Counted from the first letter of the stretch, positions 51,074-61,409 are shown. The stretch is DNA of 64,000 bases from an uncultured delta proteobacterium (GCA_963729715.1 CAVSPA010000003.1:318957-382956), one strand, 5' to 3'. Program-made: numbers and translations. Notes: generated from the letters alone by a model not told the origin.

Positions 51074-52907
51074 GTGCGCCACGAGGCTGCACAAGAGATG
51101 AGGGTAGGTCCCTCGAAGCCGGCTTGCAGGGGCTGGCTTCAAACCACCTTAAGCTGCAATGGTAAAGAGTCATTGTGGTGAGCATTAAGGAAAAGGCATG
51201 GCAAAAGACCATGTCAGGTGAGGTTCAGGGAGGCGAGCGCAAGCGAACTACTTCTGAGGTGTCGAAATGAATTGGACGATGTCAAAACTGGAGGGCTTAC
51301 TGATCTCCAGGATAAGTTCAAGGGGAACCTGTTTACTGATTGGGCGGCATCCGGCATAAAGGTAGCGCGAACCTGATCCGGGCTTTTGTGTGGAACGTGG
51401 GAACCTGTCGTCCCGATGCTAAGGGAGAAATTCAAGTGGAGGAAACCACAAGAATGAGAGTACCAATGCGGGACACGGGGGCGGAGCAGCCAGTATTAGG
51501 GATGAAGGTTCTGTAATGGAACTGGACTGAAGGGGCTGCGTTGTTCAGCTTTATTTTCAAGTCAACCAGAAATGGGAGGAGCTTCGTGAATAAAGCAAAG
51601 CCGTTTTGTATTTCGAAATGGGAAGTATGGGAAGCCTACAAACTGGTGAAGGCAAACAAAGGAGCAGCCGGAGTAGACGGGCAATCCATTGCAGAATTTG
51701 AAGAGGATGTGAAAGATAACCTTTTTAAGATCTGGAATCGGATGTCCTCAGGCAGCTATTTTCCACCACCTGTACGTCGGGTCGATATACCGAAGGACAA
51801 TGGGAGAACTAGGCCACTGGGAATACCAACAGTGGCAGACCGCATTGCCCAGACGGTAGTCAAACGATACCTGGAGCCGATCTTGGAAGAATATTTCCAT
51901 CCGGATTCATATGGGTACCGTCCAGGGAAGTCCGCGAGAGAGGCCATAGGGGTTGCACGTCAGCGGTGCTGGCGATACGACTGGGTACTTGACCTCGACA
52001 TCAAACGTTTCTTTGACAATATCGACCATGATCTGTTGATGCGGGCGGTAAGGAAACATACTGATTGCAAATGGGTGCTTCTGTACATCGAAAGATGGCT
52101 GAATGCCCCGGCGCAATTGGCAATTGGCAGCCTGATTAATCGGGATAAAGGGACTCCGCAAGGGGGAGTGGTTAGTCCATTACTTGCGAATCTCTTTTTA
52201 CATTACGCGTTCGATACGTGGATGAAGAGGCAGTATCCTCAGATTGCATTCGAGCGGTATGCCGATGATGGGATATGTCATTGTCGGAGCAAGGCCGAAG
52301 CTGAGAGGCTTCGTGTAGCGATTGAAAAGCGTTTTGCTGAATGTGGGTTGGAGCTTAACTTGCAGAAGACGAAGATTGTTTACTGTAAGGAAGATGATCG
52401 GCGAGGAAATTATCCTGAGCAGAAATTTGATTTCCTGGGCTTTACATTCCGGCCCCGGAGAGCGAAAAATCGAAAGGGTAAATTATTTGTCGGATTTATG
52501 CCTGCAATCAGCAACAAAGCCAAGAAATCGATATGCGATGCTATGAGGCAATGGAAAATGCACCGGCAAACAGACAAATCTCTGGATGAGCTGGCTCGAG
52601 TGGTCAACCCAGTGTTAAGGGGTTGGATTAACTATTACGGCAGTTTCTATAAATCAGCTCTTTACCGTGTTTTTCAGCAACTGAACAATATTCTTGTTCG
52701 GTGGGCATCCCGGAAATACAAAAGATTGAGGAGGAATAACCAGAGGGCGAGGCAATGGTTGCAAGGCGTATTTCACAGGCAGCCTAAGCTATTTGCTCAT
52801 TGGCAACTCTCAAAAGGTAAGGCTGGACAATAGGAGCTGGATGACGGGAGACTGTCACGTCCAGTTTTGGGAGAGCGTGAGGGTGAAATCCCCTCGCGCC
52901 ACTCGAC
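51074..52907 (+). mobile_element. Group II intron (bacterial class D-like, IIB)
   Basis: 5' GTGCG; domain V GAGCTGGATGACGGGAGACTGTCACGTCCAGTT; domain VI ending CTCGAC; EBS1-like TTACTGA complementary to the 5' exon. Confidence 0.93.
51586..52833 (+). CDS. ltrA: Group II intron reverse transcriptase/maturase without endonuclease domain
   Basis: KANKGAAGVD, RPLGIP, GTPQGG, YADD, RGWINYY; GTG start after GGGAGG. Confidence 0.95.
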   Translation: MNKAKPFCISKWEVWEAYKLVKANKGAAGVDGQSIAEFEEDVKDNLFKIWNRMSSGSYFPPPVRRVDIPKDNGRTRPLGIPTVADRIAQTVVKRYLEPILEEYFHPDSYGYRPGKSAREAIGVARQRCWRYDWVLDLDIKRFFDNIDHDLLMRAVRKHTDCKWVLLYIERWLNAPAQLAIGSLINRDKGTPQGGVVSPLLANLFLHYAFDTWMKRQYPQIAFERYADDGICHCRSKAEAERLRVAIEKRFAECGLELNLQKTKIVYCKEDDRRGNYPEQKFDFLGFTFRPRRAKNRKGKLFVGFMPAISNKAKKSICDAMRQWKMHRQTDKSLDELARVVNPVLRGWINYYGSFYKSALYRVFQQLNNILVRWASRKYKRLRRNNQRARQWLQGVFHRQPKLFAHWQLSKGKAGQ

Positions 52908-53011
52908 TATTCTAATAAAAATGCAGAACTCTAACTCTTAATGTGGTACATATTTTGGCGGCATGAAATGGACAAGAAGTGAGAAAAAAGGCGGAGCGTA
53001 AGAATTAAGAT

Positions 53012-53989
53012 ATGGAAAGTAAGGACAAGGTGAAGATCCTGATCACCCAGCCGATTCACGAATCGGGGGAGAGATTACTCATCAAGAAGGGTTATGACGT
53101 ACGGTTTGCCTCAGACATAACAGAGTCGACACTGGCGAGGGAGGTCCGGGATGTCTCCGGGCTGCTGGTTCGTACTGCGGGAATTCCGGCATCGGTGATC
53201 GAGGCTGGGCGAGCCTTGAGAGTGATTGCGCGCCACGGCGTCGGCTACGACAATATCGACGTGGTCGCGGCGACCCGTAGAAAGATTCCCGTGTGCATCA
53301 CGCCCCGTGCCAATGCCGTTTCGGTGGCTGAGCACGTCCTCGCTCTGATGCTTGCTCTGACGAAGAAGATCGTACCCTACGACCGGGCTACGCGGAAGAA
53401 CAACTGGGAAATCCGCAACGACTTCGGCGCGCTGGATCTGGATGGGAAGATCCTCGGGGTTATCGGGATGGGCCGCACAGGCACCCTTGTATGCCAGAAA
53501 GCCAAAGCGGCATTCAACATGGAAGTGCTGGTTTACAGTCCGCGGGCGTCGCGCGAGATGATAGAAAAGGCTGGGGGCAAGAAGGTGTCCGGTATCCCCA
53601 AACTGCTGAAAGTCTCGGATATCGTCACGCTGCATGTTCCTTTGACGGGGGAGACCGGTGGACTCATCGGCAAGGCGGAATTCCACATGATGAAACCGTC
53701 CGCCTTCCTGATCAACTGCGCCAGGGGACCTCTTGTGGACGAGAGGGAATTGTTCAGGGCGCTCAAGAATGGCATCATTGCCGGGGCGGGACTGGATGTG
53801 TTTGACCCCGAGCCGCCCAAGGATGATAATCCGCTGTTCGGGCTGACTAATGTGGTGCTCAGCCCTCACTCGGCAGGACTCACGGCAGAATGCGTCATGA
53901 GGATGGCGTCTCAGGCGGCGCAGACCATCATAGATGTTCTGGAGGGAAGGCACCCGGAGGGTGTCATCAACCCGGAGGTTTTTAAGTAA
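53012..53989 (+). CDS. D-isomer 2-hydroxyacid dehydrogenase (SerA-like, no ACT domain)
   Basis: RHGVGYDNID, GMGRTG, INCARG, DVFDPEP, SPHSAG. Confidence 0.92.
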   Translation: MESKDKVKILITQPIHESGERLLIKKGYDVRFASDITESTLAREVRDVSGLLVRTAGIPASVIEAGRALRVIARHGVGYDNIDVVAATRRKIPVCITPRANAVSVAEHVLALMLALTKKIVPYDRATRKNNWEIRNDFGALDLDGKILGVIGMGRTGTLVCQKAKAAFNMEVLVYSPRASREMIEKAGGKKVSGIPKLLKVSDIVTLHVPLTGETGGLIGKAEFHMMKPSAFLINCARGPLVDERELFRALKNGIIAGAGLDVFDPEPPKDDNPLFGLTNVVLSPHSAGLTAECVMRMASQAAQTIIDVLEGRHPEGVINPEVFK

Positions 53990-54090
53990 CATGTACGAAC
54001 GGTATTGGACACGAGTACGAGCCTGATCTGCGCGGCTACGGACAACGGTAGCAATTTAAACAGGGCGGACGCCAAGTCCTATTGCGAGAG

Positions 54091-54726
54091 TCATATACCT
54101 CCGGCAAAGCCGGAGGCTTGAATGTATGAACCGCTCAAAGCGGATTTAATTTACTGAACCACCTGAAGGTGGTTACTCCTCAAACATGTTGAGCTGATCG
54201 AGACGCCGGTCTTCTTGCTCTTGTTTTCTGATGTATTCTCGAATGGTGGCTTCATCTCTGCCAACGGTGGAAACTTCATAACCTCTGGCCCAAAAGTGCT
54301 GACCGGTGAAATTCTTGCGATGACCCATAAAGTTTCTCGCAATATGTATCGCGCTCTTGCCTTTGATGAAACCAACCACTTGCGCTACCGCATGCTTCGG
54401 CGGAATGGAGATCAACATATGCACATGATCAACTCGAAGATGACCCTCGATAACCTGACTCTCTTTCTGAATCGCGAGGTCCCTGAATGTTGACCCCAAA
54501 TATCTCCGCAGTTGCTCGTAAATCGCTTTCCTCCGATACTTCGGTATCCATACCACATGGTACTTGCATTCCCATGACGTATGGCTTAAACTCTGCCTGT
54601 CGTTCAACTGAAACCTCCTTCCCCGTAAACTTCGAACGGTTCACGGATAGGAGGTTTCCTTTATATTCCCGGAATTGTCAAACTCTGGGAGTCCCCCGGC
54701 AGAGCCGGGGGTTTACCCAGGATTAA
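54091..54726 (-). mobile_element. IS200-family element, copy 1 (636 bp)
   Basis: tnpA plus subterminal hairpins CCCCCGGC/GCCGGGGG and CCTCCGGC/GCCGGAGG; ends from comparison with copy 2. Confidence 0.92.
54173..54607 (-). CDS. tnpA: IS200/IS605 Y1 transposase
   Basis: YHVVWIPKYR, DHVH (HUH), FWARGY, IREYI. Confidence 0.95.
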   Translation of the reverse strand: MNDRQSLSHTSWECKYHVVWIPKYRRKAIYEQLRRYLGSTFRDLAIQKESQVIEGHLRVDHVHMLISIPPKHAVAQVVGFIKGKSAIHIARNFMGHRKNFTGQHFWARGYEVSTVGRDEATIREYIRKQEQEDRRLDQLNMFEE

Positions 54727-55022
54727 TTATCGGGACGGCGGCTACGCGGACTGGCGGATGCCGACAAACGATGAGTTCGCAGGATTGCATGAGCCGAGCA
54801 AGAAGGATCGACTGGGTTTCCAGTTAACAGAATTCATCGACCTTATATCTTGCTTCCAATGGGCCTCAGGCGGCCAAATGATTATAAATAAAATTGGTCT
54901 CTTGACTTTTCAATGAATTAAGCGCACAAAGTGAAGCGCATTTATATAGGACATCGGCAAACGGTTAACAACTAATCTGAACCCTTTTTACAAGGGCATT
55001 GCCATGAGGAGATTAACGAAAC

Positions 55023-55057
55023 CCCGTTTCTCAAAAGAGAGCGGGTTTTTTTATTTT
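55023..55057 (+). terminator. Intrinsic terminator
   Basis: CCCGTTTCTC-AAAA-GAGAGCGGG followed by T7. Confidence 0.75.
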
Positions 55058-55262
55058 ACACTGAGTTCTCCAGGTGATTAATTATTCAATCAGAAAGATA
55101 ACTTAGCGGTTGAAAACCTATTGAGTCCCGATTCCTGATTTTCACCTTTCACGCTATGTTGCAGTAATGATCGATTTCTTGTTCATGATTTATCATGATG
55201 AAAAATAGTTGGTAGAGAAGGTCGAGCTGCCTATATTCCACCCATAATCATGGGAAATATGG

Positions 55263-56555
55263 ATGAGCGTCAAATCCGTAACAAAGCAGAAGAATACAAG
55301 CAAGAAAGCCAGCGGAACATCTTCCTGGGATGAAAGAGCATTCCAGGGGTTGGCTGAAAACGTCAGTGACGGTGTCTACTTCATCAACGCTGATGGATAT
55401 TTCCGCTATGTGAACAGGATCCTCTCCGAGAGGTCAGGCATTCCTCAGGAGCGATATCCGAGTTTACACTTCCTGGATGTGATCCACCCTGATTACCATG
55501 AACTTGCAAAGAAGAACTTTCAGAGAGTGTTAAAAGGAGAGGATGGGATCCCGTATGAACTGAGGTTCAAAGACACGAATGGGCAGGTTAGGATTGTTGA
55601 AGTCCATTCAAGACCTGTCCTTGACGGGAGAAAGATTATCGGCATCTGCGGCATCTCGCGAGAAATCACTAAGCGTAAGCTGGCAGAGGAATTGTTGCAT
55701 CGGAGCGAAGCCCGCTACCGCGCTGTTGTTGAGGACCAAGCAGAGTTAATCTGCCGCTATCTTCCTGACTGCACGCTGACCTTCGTCAACAATGCGTACT
55801 GCCATTATTTCGGCAAGGCCCGGGATGAATTGCTCGGACAGAAGTTTCAGGCGCTGATTACCGGACAGGAACGGAAGATGGTGGGACAGAAGCTTGCCGC
55901 ATTGACTCCGGAGAGACCTACCACTATGCATGAACAAACAGCGCTTGCCGCAGGCGGCGAGATTCGCTGGCAACAGTGGGTTACACGGGGGCTGTTCGAT
56001 GAGAAGGGCGCTATTAAAGAACTTCAAGCAGTGGGACGGGATATCACCATACAAAAGATAGCTGAGGATGCTCTAAAGGCGTCTGCGATCAGCCTGGAAA
56101 AGCTGGTTAAGGAACGGACGGCGGAGCTGGAGAACAAAAGCAAAATGCTGGAGGAGCTAAACATAGCATTGAAAGTGCTCTTACGACAAAGCGGGGATCA
56201 AAGGACCGAGATGGAAGATCGGTTTATATCACACGTAAAGGGCCTTATTCCCTACGTAGAAGAAATAAAAAGCGGGGCTCTCGATACGCACCAGAAGTCC
56301 TATTTAAGCATGATAGAATCGAATCTAAACGAAATCATCTCCCCTTTTGTGCGAAGAATGCGACATTACAACTTTACCCCGAAAGAACTTATGGTGGCAT
56401 CCCTTATTAAGGATGGCAAGACTACCAAAGAGATAGCTAAAATCCTGGGAGTAGGAACCCACGCAATCGACTCACATAGAACCCGTATCAGAAAGAAGAC
56501 CGGTCTCAGAACGAGAAAATCAAATCTTCAGTCCCATCTCCGCTCCCTCGAATAG
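55263..56555 (+). CDS. PAS-PAS-LuxR HTH regulator
   Basis: Two PAS/PAC domains (REIT.RK, RDIT.QK); FTPKE..GKTTKEIA..HRTRIRKK. Confidence 0.92.
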   Translation: MSVKSVTKQKNTSKKASGTSSWDERAFQGLAENVSDGVYFINADGYFRYVNRILSERSGIPQERYPSLHFLDVIHPDYHELAKKNFQRVLKGEDGIPYELRFKDTNGQVRIVEVHSRPVLDGRKIIGICGISREITKRKLAEELLHRSEARYRAVVEDQAELICRYLPDCTLTFVNNAYCHYFGKARDELLGQKFQALITGQERKMVGQKLAALTPERPTTMHEQTALAAGGEIRWQQWVTRGLFDEKGAIKELQAVGRDITIQKIAEDALKASAISLEKLVKERTAELENKSKMLEELNIALKVLLRQSGDQRTEMEDRFISHVKGLIPYVEEIKSGALDTHQKSYLSMIESNLNEIISPFVRRMRHYNFTPKELMVASLIKDGKTTKEIAKILGVGTHAIDSHRTRIRKKTGLRTRKSNLQSHLRSLE

Positions 56556-56945
56556 TGCATTAATAGTAATATTAATACAGCAATTATTCAGCATTGTAAT
56601 TTTGTCTATTTCCAAATAGTAAATCACACCAGCACTTCCCACAGTATTCAAAATACCTATATCTGACTCAGCCATGGATAAGGTCTTCTGCACTCTCTGT
56701 AATAACGAAGTCAAACCTGAGAAATTTGGGGGCGGATGGGTAGGTATTTGTTGCGATAAGGTTGTGTTTAGCTATTCTGACCAGCCCGAATCTGATTTCA
56801 AGAATCCTAAAAATGAGAAAATCCCCATAGGGGATCGACGATCGTGAGCCATACTTAGACTCTCTTGAGATATTGCGTCAATAACGTGCGGTATTCTTGC
56901 TGTCTCTTGAGAAAGATAACTTTTTGAGAATAGGAGGGTGAAGGA

Positions 56946-57215
56946 ATGAACAAGGAAGAATTGATTGCTGAAGTTGCAAGAATCACCTGTACCAAGTCAG
57001 AGGCCGGGAAGGCCGTGGACGCGCTTTTTGAGGGGGTTAGAAAGGCGTTGAAAAAAGGAGAAAAGGTGACCTTGGTCGGTTTTGGAACTTTTTCCATTGC
57101 GAAGAGATCTGCAAGAATGGGAAGAAATCCCCAGACCGGCAAACCAATCAAGATTGCGGCAAAGAAAGTGCCCAAGTTTGCCGCCGGCAAAGCATTAAAA
57201 AACGCCGTGAAATAA
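56946..57215 (+). CDS. hup: HU DNA-binding protein
   Basis: MNKEELI, GFGTF, GRNPQTG. Confidence 0.97.
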   Translation: MNKEELIAEVARITCTKSEAGKAVDALFEGVRKALKKGEKVTLVGFGTFSIAKRSARMGRNPQTGKPIKIAAKKVPKFAAGKALKNAVK

Positions 57216-57378
57216 TATGTAACTGTTAAGCAAAGAGCGTTACAGACCGCGAGACCCGGCCACATTCACAGGCGATGATTTTCTGGAGCAGCTCATAGTG
57301 TTGCCGATACATCCTTCCATGCGTTATATAAGAGTAGAAAAGCCCACAGTTGATTGGAAAAGTGTGAGGATTGTATAG

Positions 57379-58707
57379 TCAATACCCTAGACGTTGGGCA
57401 TTACTGAGGGCTTTATCTTTCCAGTCACCTATATATCCTGCACTGACAAAGGAATTATAAGCTTTTCTGTAATATCTCCCTGCCATCCCTCTCTCGCCCT
57501 GTTTCTCATATAGAAGCCCAATATTAAAGAGAAGCCCCGCATATCCTGACGTATTTTGCAATCCGATTCTTTCCTGTATGGACTGAGAATCTGTGTAGTA
57601 TCTTAGGGCACGGTTAAGGTCGCCTATAGAGTTATAGACATTACCGATGTTCATAGTGAGCGTGGCATAGTCTGCCGTATCCTGCAATCCGATTCTTTCC
57701 TGTATGGACTGAGAATCTGTGTAGTATCTTAGGGCACGGCTAATGTCCCTTTTGGACCAATAGACTACACCGATGTTCGTTATGAGATTTGCATAGCCTA
57801 CCGTGCTTTGCAATCCGAGACTGTCCCGTATTTTCTGAGAATTCACGTAGTATCTCAGGGCACGGTCAAGGTCTCCTTTGGAGTAGTAGACAGCACCGAT
57901 GTTCTTCATTAGCATGGCATAATCAATCGTTTTAGTAGTCTTTCGGGATTTCAGTGTTTTATCGGCACTATTGAGGTAGTATAATGCCTCATCAAAGAGG
58001 TTCAGCTTTTCAGCGGTGAGTCCCGCTTTAATAAGAGCAGAAACATAGTTTTCATTTATGTAAAGGGCTTCCTTGTAATAGTCGAGAGCCTCCTTCGGGT
58101 TCGTATCATCACGTTCAAGGCCCTTGGCGTATAATTCATAAACAGTAGTTTTCGGCCTTGGCTTTTTCGCTATCTTTTTCCTCTCGGCTTCTGTAACCTT
58201 AACCTTTGTCACATCTGGGATAGTGACCTTAGCGGTCTCAGACAGGAGTGTAAGGACGACCTTGTCCTGCAGGTCAAAGATTTTTTTGAGGCTACCATCG
58301 AGACAGGCAGAACTCTCTTCTCTCCCTGTCTCCACATTGATGAGGCGGGCAATCACCCTTATGTGATTCTCTGAAACCAGATAGCTTCCGGTAAAGATGA
58401 CATTCGCACCGGCAAGTTTACCCACTTTTAACATCGTCTTTTCGGCAACAAGCTCGGAGAAGATCAACTTCATTTCCTCAATAATATTCCTTCTGTCTGC
58501 ATTGGAGATGACGCTGACCTCTCTTATGTCCATGAGGTCATTGATTACCGTTTCGGTCATTCCCGCGGAGATCCAGGAGTATTGCTTGTCCCCTATGTTC
58601 TCGAAAGGGTAGACGAGGATGTTCATCATCTTTGCTATCGCTGGGATGGATAAGGACATGAAAAGCAGAGAGAGAATGAATATTCTATAGAAAAACAGCT
58701 TTTTCAT
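57379..58707 (-). CDS. Secreted TolB/CsgG-like N-terminal domain plus TPR protein
   Basis: Signal peptide, VYPFEN, ARLINVETG, 42-aa TPR repeats (NIG.VY...GD...AL.YY). Confidence 0.85.
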   Translation of the reverse strand: MKKLFFYRIFILSLLFMSLSIPAIAKMMNILVYPFENIGDKQYSWISAGMTETVINDLMDIREVSVISNADRRNIIEEMKLIFSELVAEKTMLKVGKLAGANVIFTGSYLVSENHIRVIARLINVETGREESSACLDGSLKKIFDLQDKVVLTLLSETAKVTIPDVTKVKVTEAERKKIAKKPRPKTTVYELYAKGLERDDTNPKEALDYYKEALYINENYVSALIKAGLTAEKLNLFDEALYYLNSADKTLKSRKTTKTIDYAMLMKNIGAVYYSKGDLDRALRYYVNSQKIRDSLGLQSTVGYANLITNIGVVYWSKRDISRALRYYTDSQSIQERIGLQDTADYATLTMNIGNVYNSIGDLNRALRYYTDSQSIQERIGLQNTSGYAGLLFNIGLLYEKQGERGMAGRYYRKAYNSFVSAGYIGDWKDKALSNAQRLGY

Positions 58708-58830
58708 CGCACTCCCTTCTCAGGATTGAATGTGTTTTATTTTCATCCAATAAATCGGATAATTCAAGGAGTATTTGATAACAGGGGTGATCATTGGTCA
58801 GTTTAGGAACTGATGGTTGATGAGATGTAA

Positions 58831-59466
58831 TTAATCCTGGGTAAACCCCCGGCTCTGCCGGGGGACTCCCAGAGTTTGACAATTCCGGGAATATAAAGGA
58901 AACCTCCTATCCGTGAACCGTTCGAAGTTTACGGGGAAGGAGGTTTCAGTTGAACGACAGGCAGAGTTTAAGCCATACGTCATGGGAATGCAAGTACCAT
59001 GTGGTATGGATACCGAAGTATCGGAGGAAAGCGATTTACGAGCAACTGCGGAGATATTTGGGGTCAACATTCAGGGACCTCGCGATTCAGAAAGAGAGTC
59101 AGGTTATCGAGGGTCATCTTCGAGTTGATCATGTGCATATGTTGATCTCCATTCCGCCGAAGCATGCGGTAGCGCAAGTGGTTGGTTTCATCAAAGGCAA
59201 GAGCGCGATACATATTGCGAGAAACTTTATGGGTCATCGCAAGAATTTCACCGGTCAGCACTTTTGGGCCAGAGGTTATGAAGTTTCCACCGTTGGCAGA
59301 GATGAAGCCACCATTCGAGAATACATCAGAAAACAAGAGCAAGAAGACCGGCGTCTCGATCAGCTCAACATGTTTGAGGAGTAACCACCTTCAGGTGGTT
59401 CAGTAAATTAAATCCGCTTTGAGCGGTTCATACATTCAAGCCTCCGGCTTTGCCGGAGGTATATGA
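58831..59466 (+). mobile_element. IS200-family element, copy 2 (636 bp)
   Basis: Reverse complement of 54091-54726. Confidence 0.92.
58950..59384 (+). CDS. tnpA: IS200/IS605 Y1 transposase
   Basis: Identical protein to copy 1. Confidence 0.95.
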   Translation: MNDRQSLSHTSWECKYHVVWIPKYRRKAIYEQLRRYLGSTFRDLAIQKESQVIEGHLRVDHVHMLISIPPKHAVAQVVGFIKGKSAIHIARNFMGHRKNFTGQHFWARGYEVSTVGRDEATIREYIRKQEQEDRRLDQLNMFEE

Positions 59467-59846
59467 TTGGAGGCAGCAAACACTTCTTCCTCTTGTTTTT
59501 GGCCATTTCCTTCAGAATGCAACATTTCAAATGGAAATCTTTGATTTTGTTCTTTACATAATCGTCAGTCTTTATAAATAAGAGCAGAAAAGCCCAAAGC
59601 GATCAAGTTGGCAAAATCTCGCTTTGGGCTTCTCTGGTAATAACTTCTCTCCATAAGGAGGAAGCGTATGTGATAGTGAGTATTCCGGACCAAATCGGCC
59701 ACTGATTCCGTTTCAAATCGGCCACCCATTCCGTTTGAAATCGGCCGGCGATTCCGGAGCAAATCGCCACCCCCTGTCAGAGCGAAATAGACGCTGGATA
59801 ATTCAATTGAGAGCCATTAAAACTCCTCAAAAAAAGGAGATTGGGA

Positions 59847-61409
59847 ATGGCCAACAGGAGATTATCCATGCGAAAGATAAAAGAAGTATTGCGGCTCAAA
59901 TGGGGGAATAACCTCTCTGTCCGCCAGATTGCCATAAGTTGTGACATTGCCCGCAGCACCGTTCGGGATTATCTTCATCGCGCTCTGATAGCGGGACTTG
60001 CATGGCCCGTCCCCGATGAACTCGATGACACCACCCTCGGACATCTATTGTATCCTCCCGCATGTTGTGTGTCTGCGGGTAAGAAGCCTGTGCCCTCCAT
60101 GGAGGATATCCATCAGGACTTGAAAAAGAAGGGGGTCACCCTTCAGCTCCTCTGGTATGAATACAAACGGGCTCATCCCGACGGGTACCAATACAGCCAG
60201 TTCTGCTATCTTTACCACCGATGGGCGGGTAAACTCGATGTATGCCTCAGGCAGACCTACCGTGCCGGGGAAAAACTCTTTGTCGATTATGCCGGCCGGA
60301 CAATGCCGGTTACCGACCCGGTCACCGGCGGGATCAGGGATGCCTATCTCTTTGTGGCCACCCTTGGCGCCAGCAGCTATACGTATGTCGAGGCAGGTTT
60401 TGCTCAGGATCTCCCTTCCTGGATTTCTTCCCATGTGCGGGCATTTGCTTATTTTGGTGGCGTCACCGAGATTACTATCCCCGATAATTTAAAAGTTGGT
60501 GTTGCCAAACCCTGCCGGTATGAACCGGACATCAATCCGACTTACCATGACATGGCCAGGCACTACGGGACGGTAGTTATCCCCGCCAGGGTTGCCAAAC
60601 CCCGGGATAAGGCCAAGGTCGAGTCGGCCGTCGGGGTCGCTGAAAGATGGATCGTTGCCGCCTTGAGGAACCACACCTTCTTCAGTCTGGAGGAGTTGAA
60701 TAAGGCCATTGCCGAAAAACTAGGCGAGTTCAACGACCGCAAGTTCCAGAAGATGGATACCACACGCAGGGAGCTGTTCGAGAAGATCGACAGGCCTGCA
60801 TTAAGGCCGCTTCCCCTTGAGCCGTATGAGTATGCCGAATGGAAGAAAGCCAGGGTCAATGTCGACTACCACGTTGAGGTCTTCGGGCATTATTACAGTG
60901 TTCCTTATCAGCTTGTCAAAGAGCAGGTGGATGTGCGCCTCACGTCAACTACGGTGGAGATCCTGTTCAAGAATCGCCGCGTTGCCAGCCATCAGCTGAA
61001 CGACCGCCGGGGCATACATACGACACTGGAAGAGCATATGCCGAAAGCCCACCAGAGATATCTTCAATGGACGCCTTCCCGTATCATCCGCTGGGCTGGT
61101 CAAAACGGCCCTAACACCCAGAACCTGGTGACCTGCATCATGGAAAGGAGAAAACATCCTGAACAAGGCTTCCGTTCTTCCCTCGGTATCATGAGGCTGG
61201 GGAAGCGTTACTCGCCGGAGCGGCTGGAGGCGGCCTGCGGCAGGGCGCTCGCGCTCAAGGCCTATAGCTATAAAAACGTGGAATCGATCCTCAAACAGGG
61301 TCTCGACCGGCAGGCCTTGCCGGAACATAATGCCGAGGTGAAACCGGTCCTCCATTACAACATCAGGGGAAAAGAATATTATCACGAAAAGGAGACAGAC
61401 CATGCTTAA
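59847..61409 (+). CDS. istA: IS21 transposase
   Basis: FVDYAG, PDNLK, PRDKAKVE (DDE). Confidence 0.95.
   Translation: MANRRLSMRKIKEVLRLKWGNNLSVRQIAISCDIARSTVRDYLHRALIAGLAWPVPDELDDTTLGHLLYPPACCVSAGKKPVPSMEDIHQDLKKKGVTLQLLWYEYKRAHPDGYQYSQFCYLYHRWAGKLDVCLRQTYRAGEKLFVDYAGRTMPVTDPVTGGIRDAYLFVATLGASSYTYVEAGFAQDLPSWISSHVRAFAYFGGVTEITIPDNLKVGVAKPCRYEPDINPTYHDMARHYGTVVIPARVAKPRDKAKVESAVGVAERWIVAALRNHTFFSLEELNKAIAEKLGEFNDRKFQKMDTTRRELFEKIDRPALRPLPLEPYEYAEWKKARVNVDYHVEVFGHYYSVPYQLVKEQVDVRLTSTTVEILFKNRRVASHQLNDRRGIHTTLEEHMPKAHQRYLQWTPSRIIRWAGQNGPNTQNLVTCIMERRKHPEQGFRSSLGIMRLGKRYSPERLEAACGRALALKAYSYKNVESILKQGLDRQALPEHNAEVKPVLHYNIRGKEYYHEKETDHA

Larger units (their letters stand above)
53999..54870 (+). 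pseudogene. DUF1566/Lcl-domain gene remnant split by IS200 (end approximate)
   Basis: TVLDTSTSL..TDNG..AKSYCES | YRDGGYADWRMPT rejoins in frame after removing 54091-54726. Confidence 0.7.

Noticed and set aside
51586..52833. Retron, DGR or defence-type reverse transcriptase
   Set aside because: Flanked by canonical group II intron ends and domains V and VI.
54956..54965. c-di-GMP-I riboswitch (GGCAAAC)
   Set aside because: The GAAA tetraloop and GCAAAG/P2 elements are missing.
54091..59466. IS200 composite transposon
   Set aside because: Each copy interrupts sequence that rejoins seamlessly, which indicates independent insertions.
59654..59676. TAAGGAGG followed by ATG-TGA start-stop mini-ORF
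   Set aside because: No downstream gene context or other support; may be chance.
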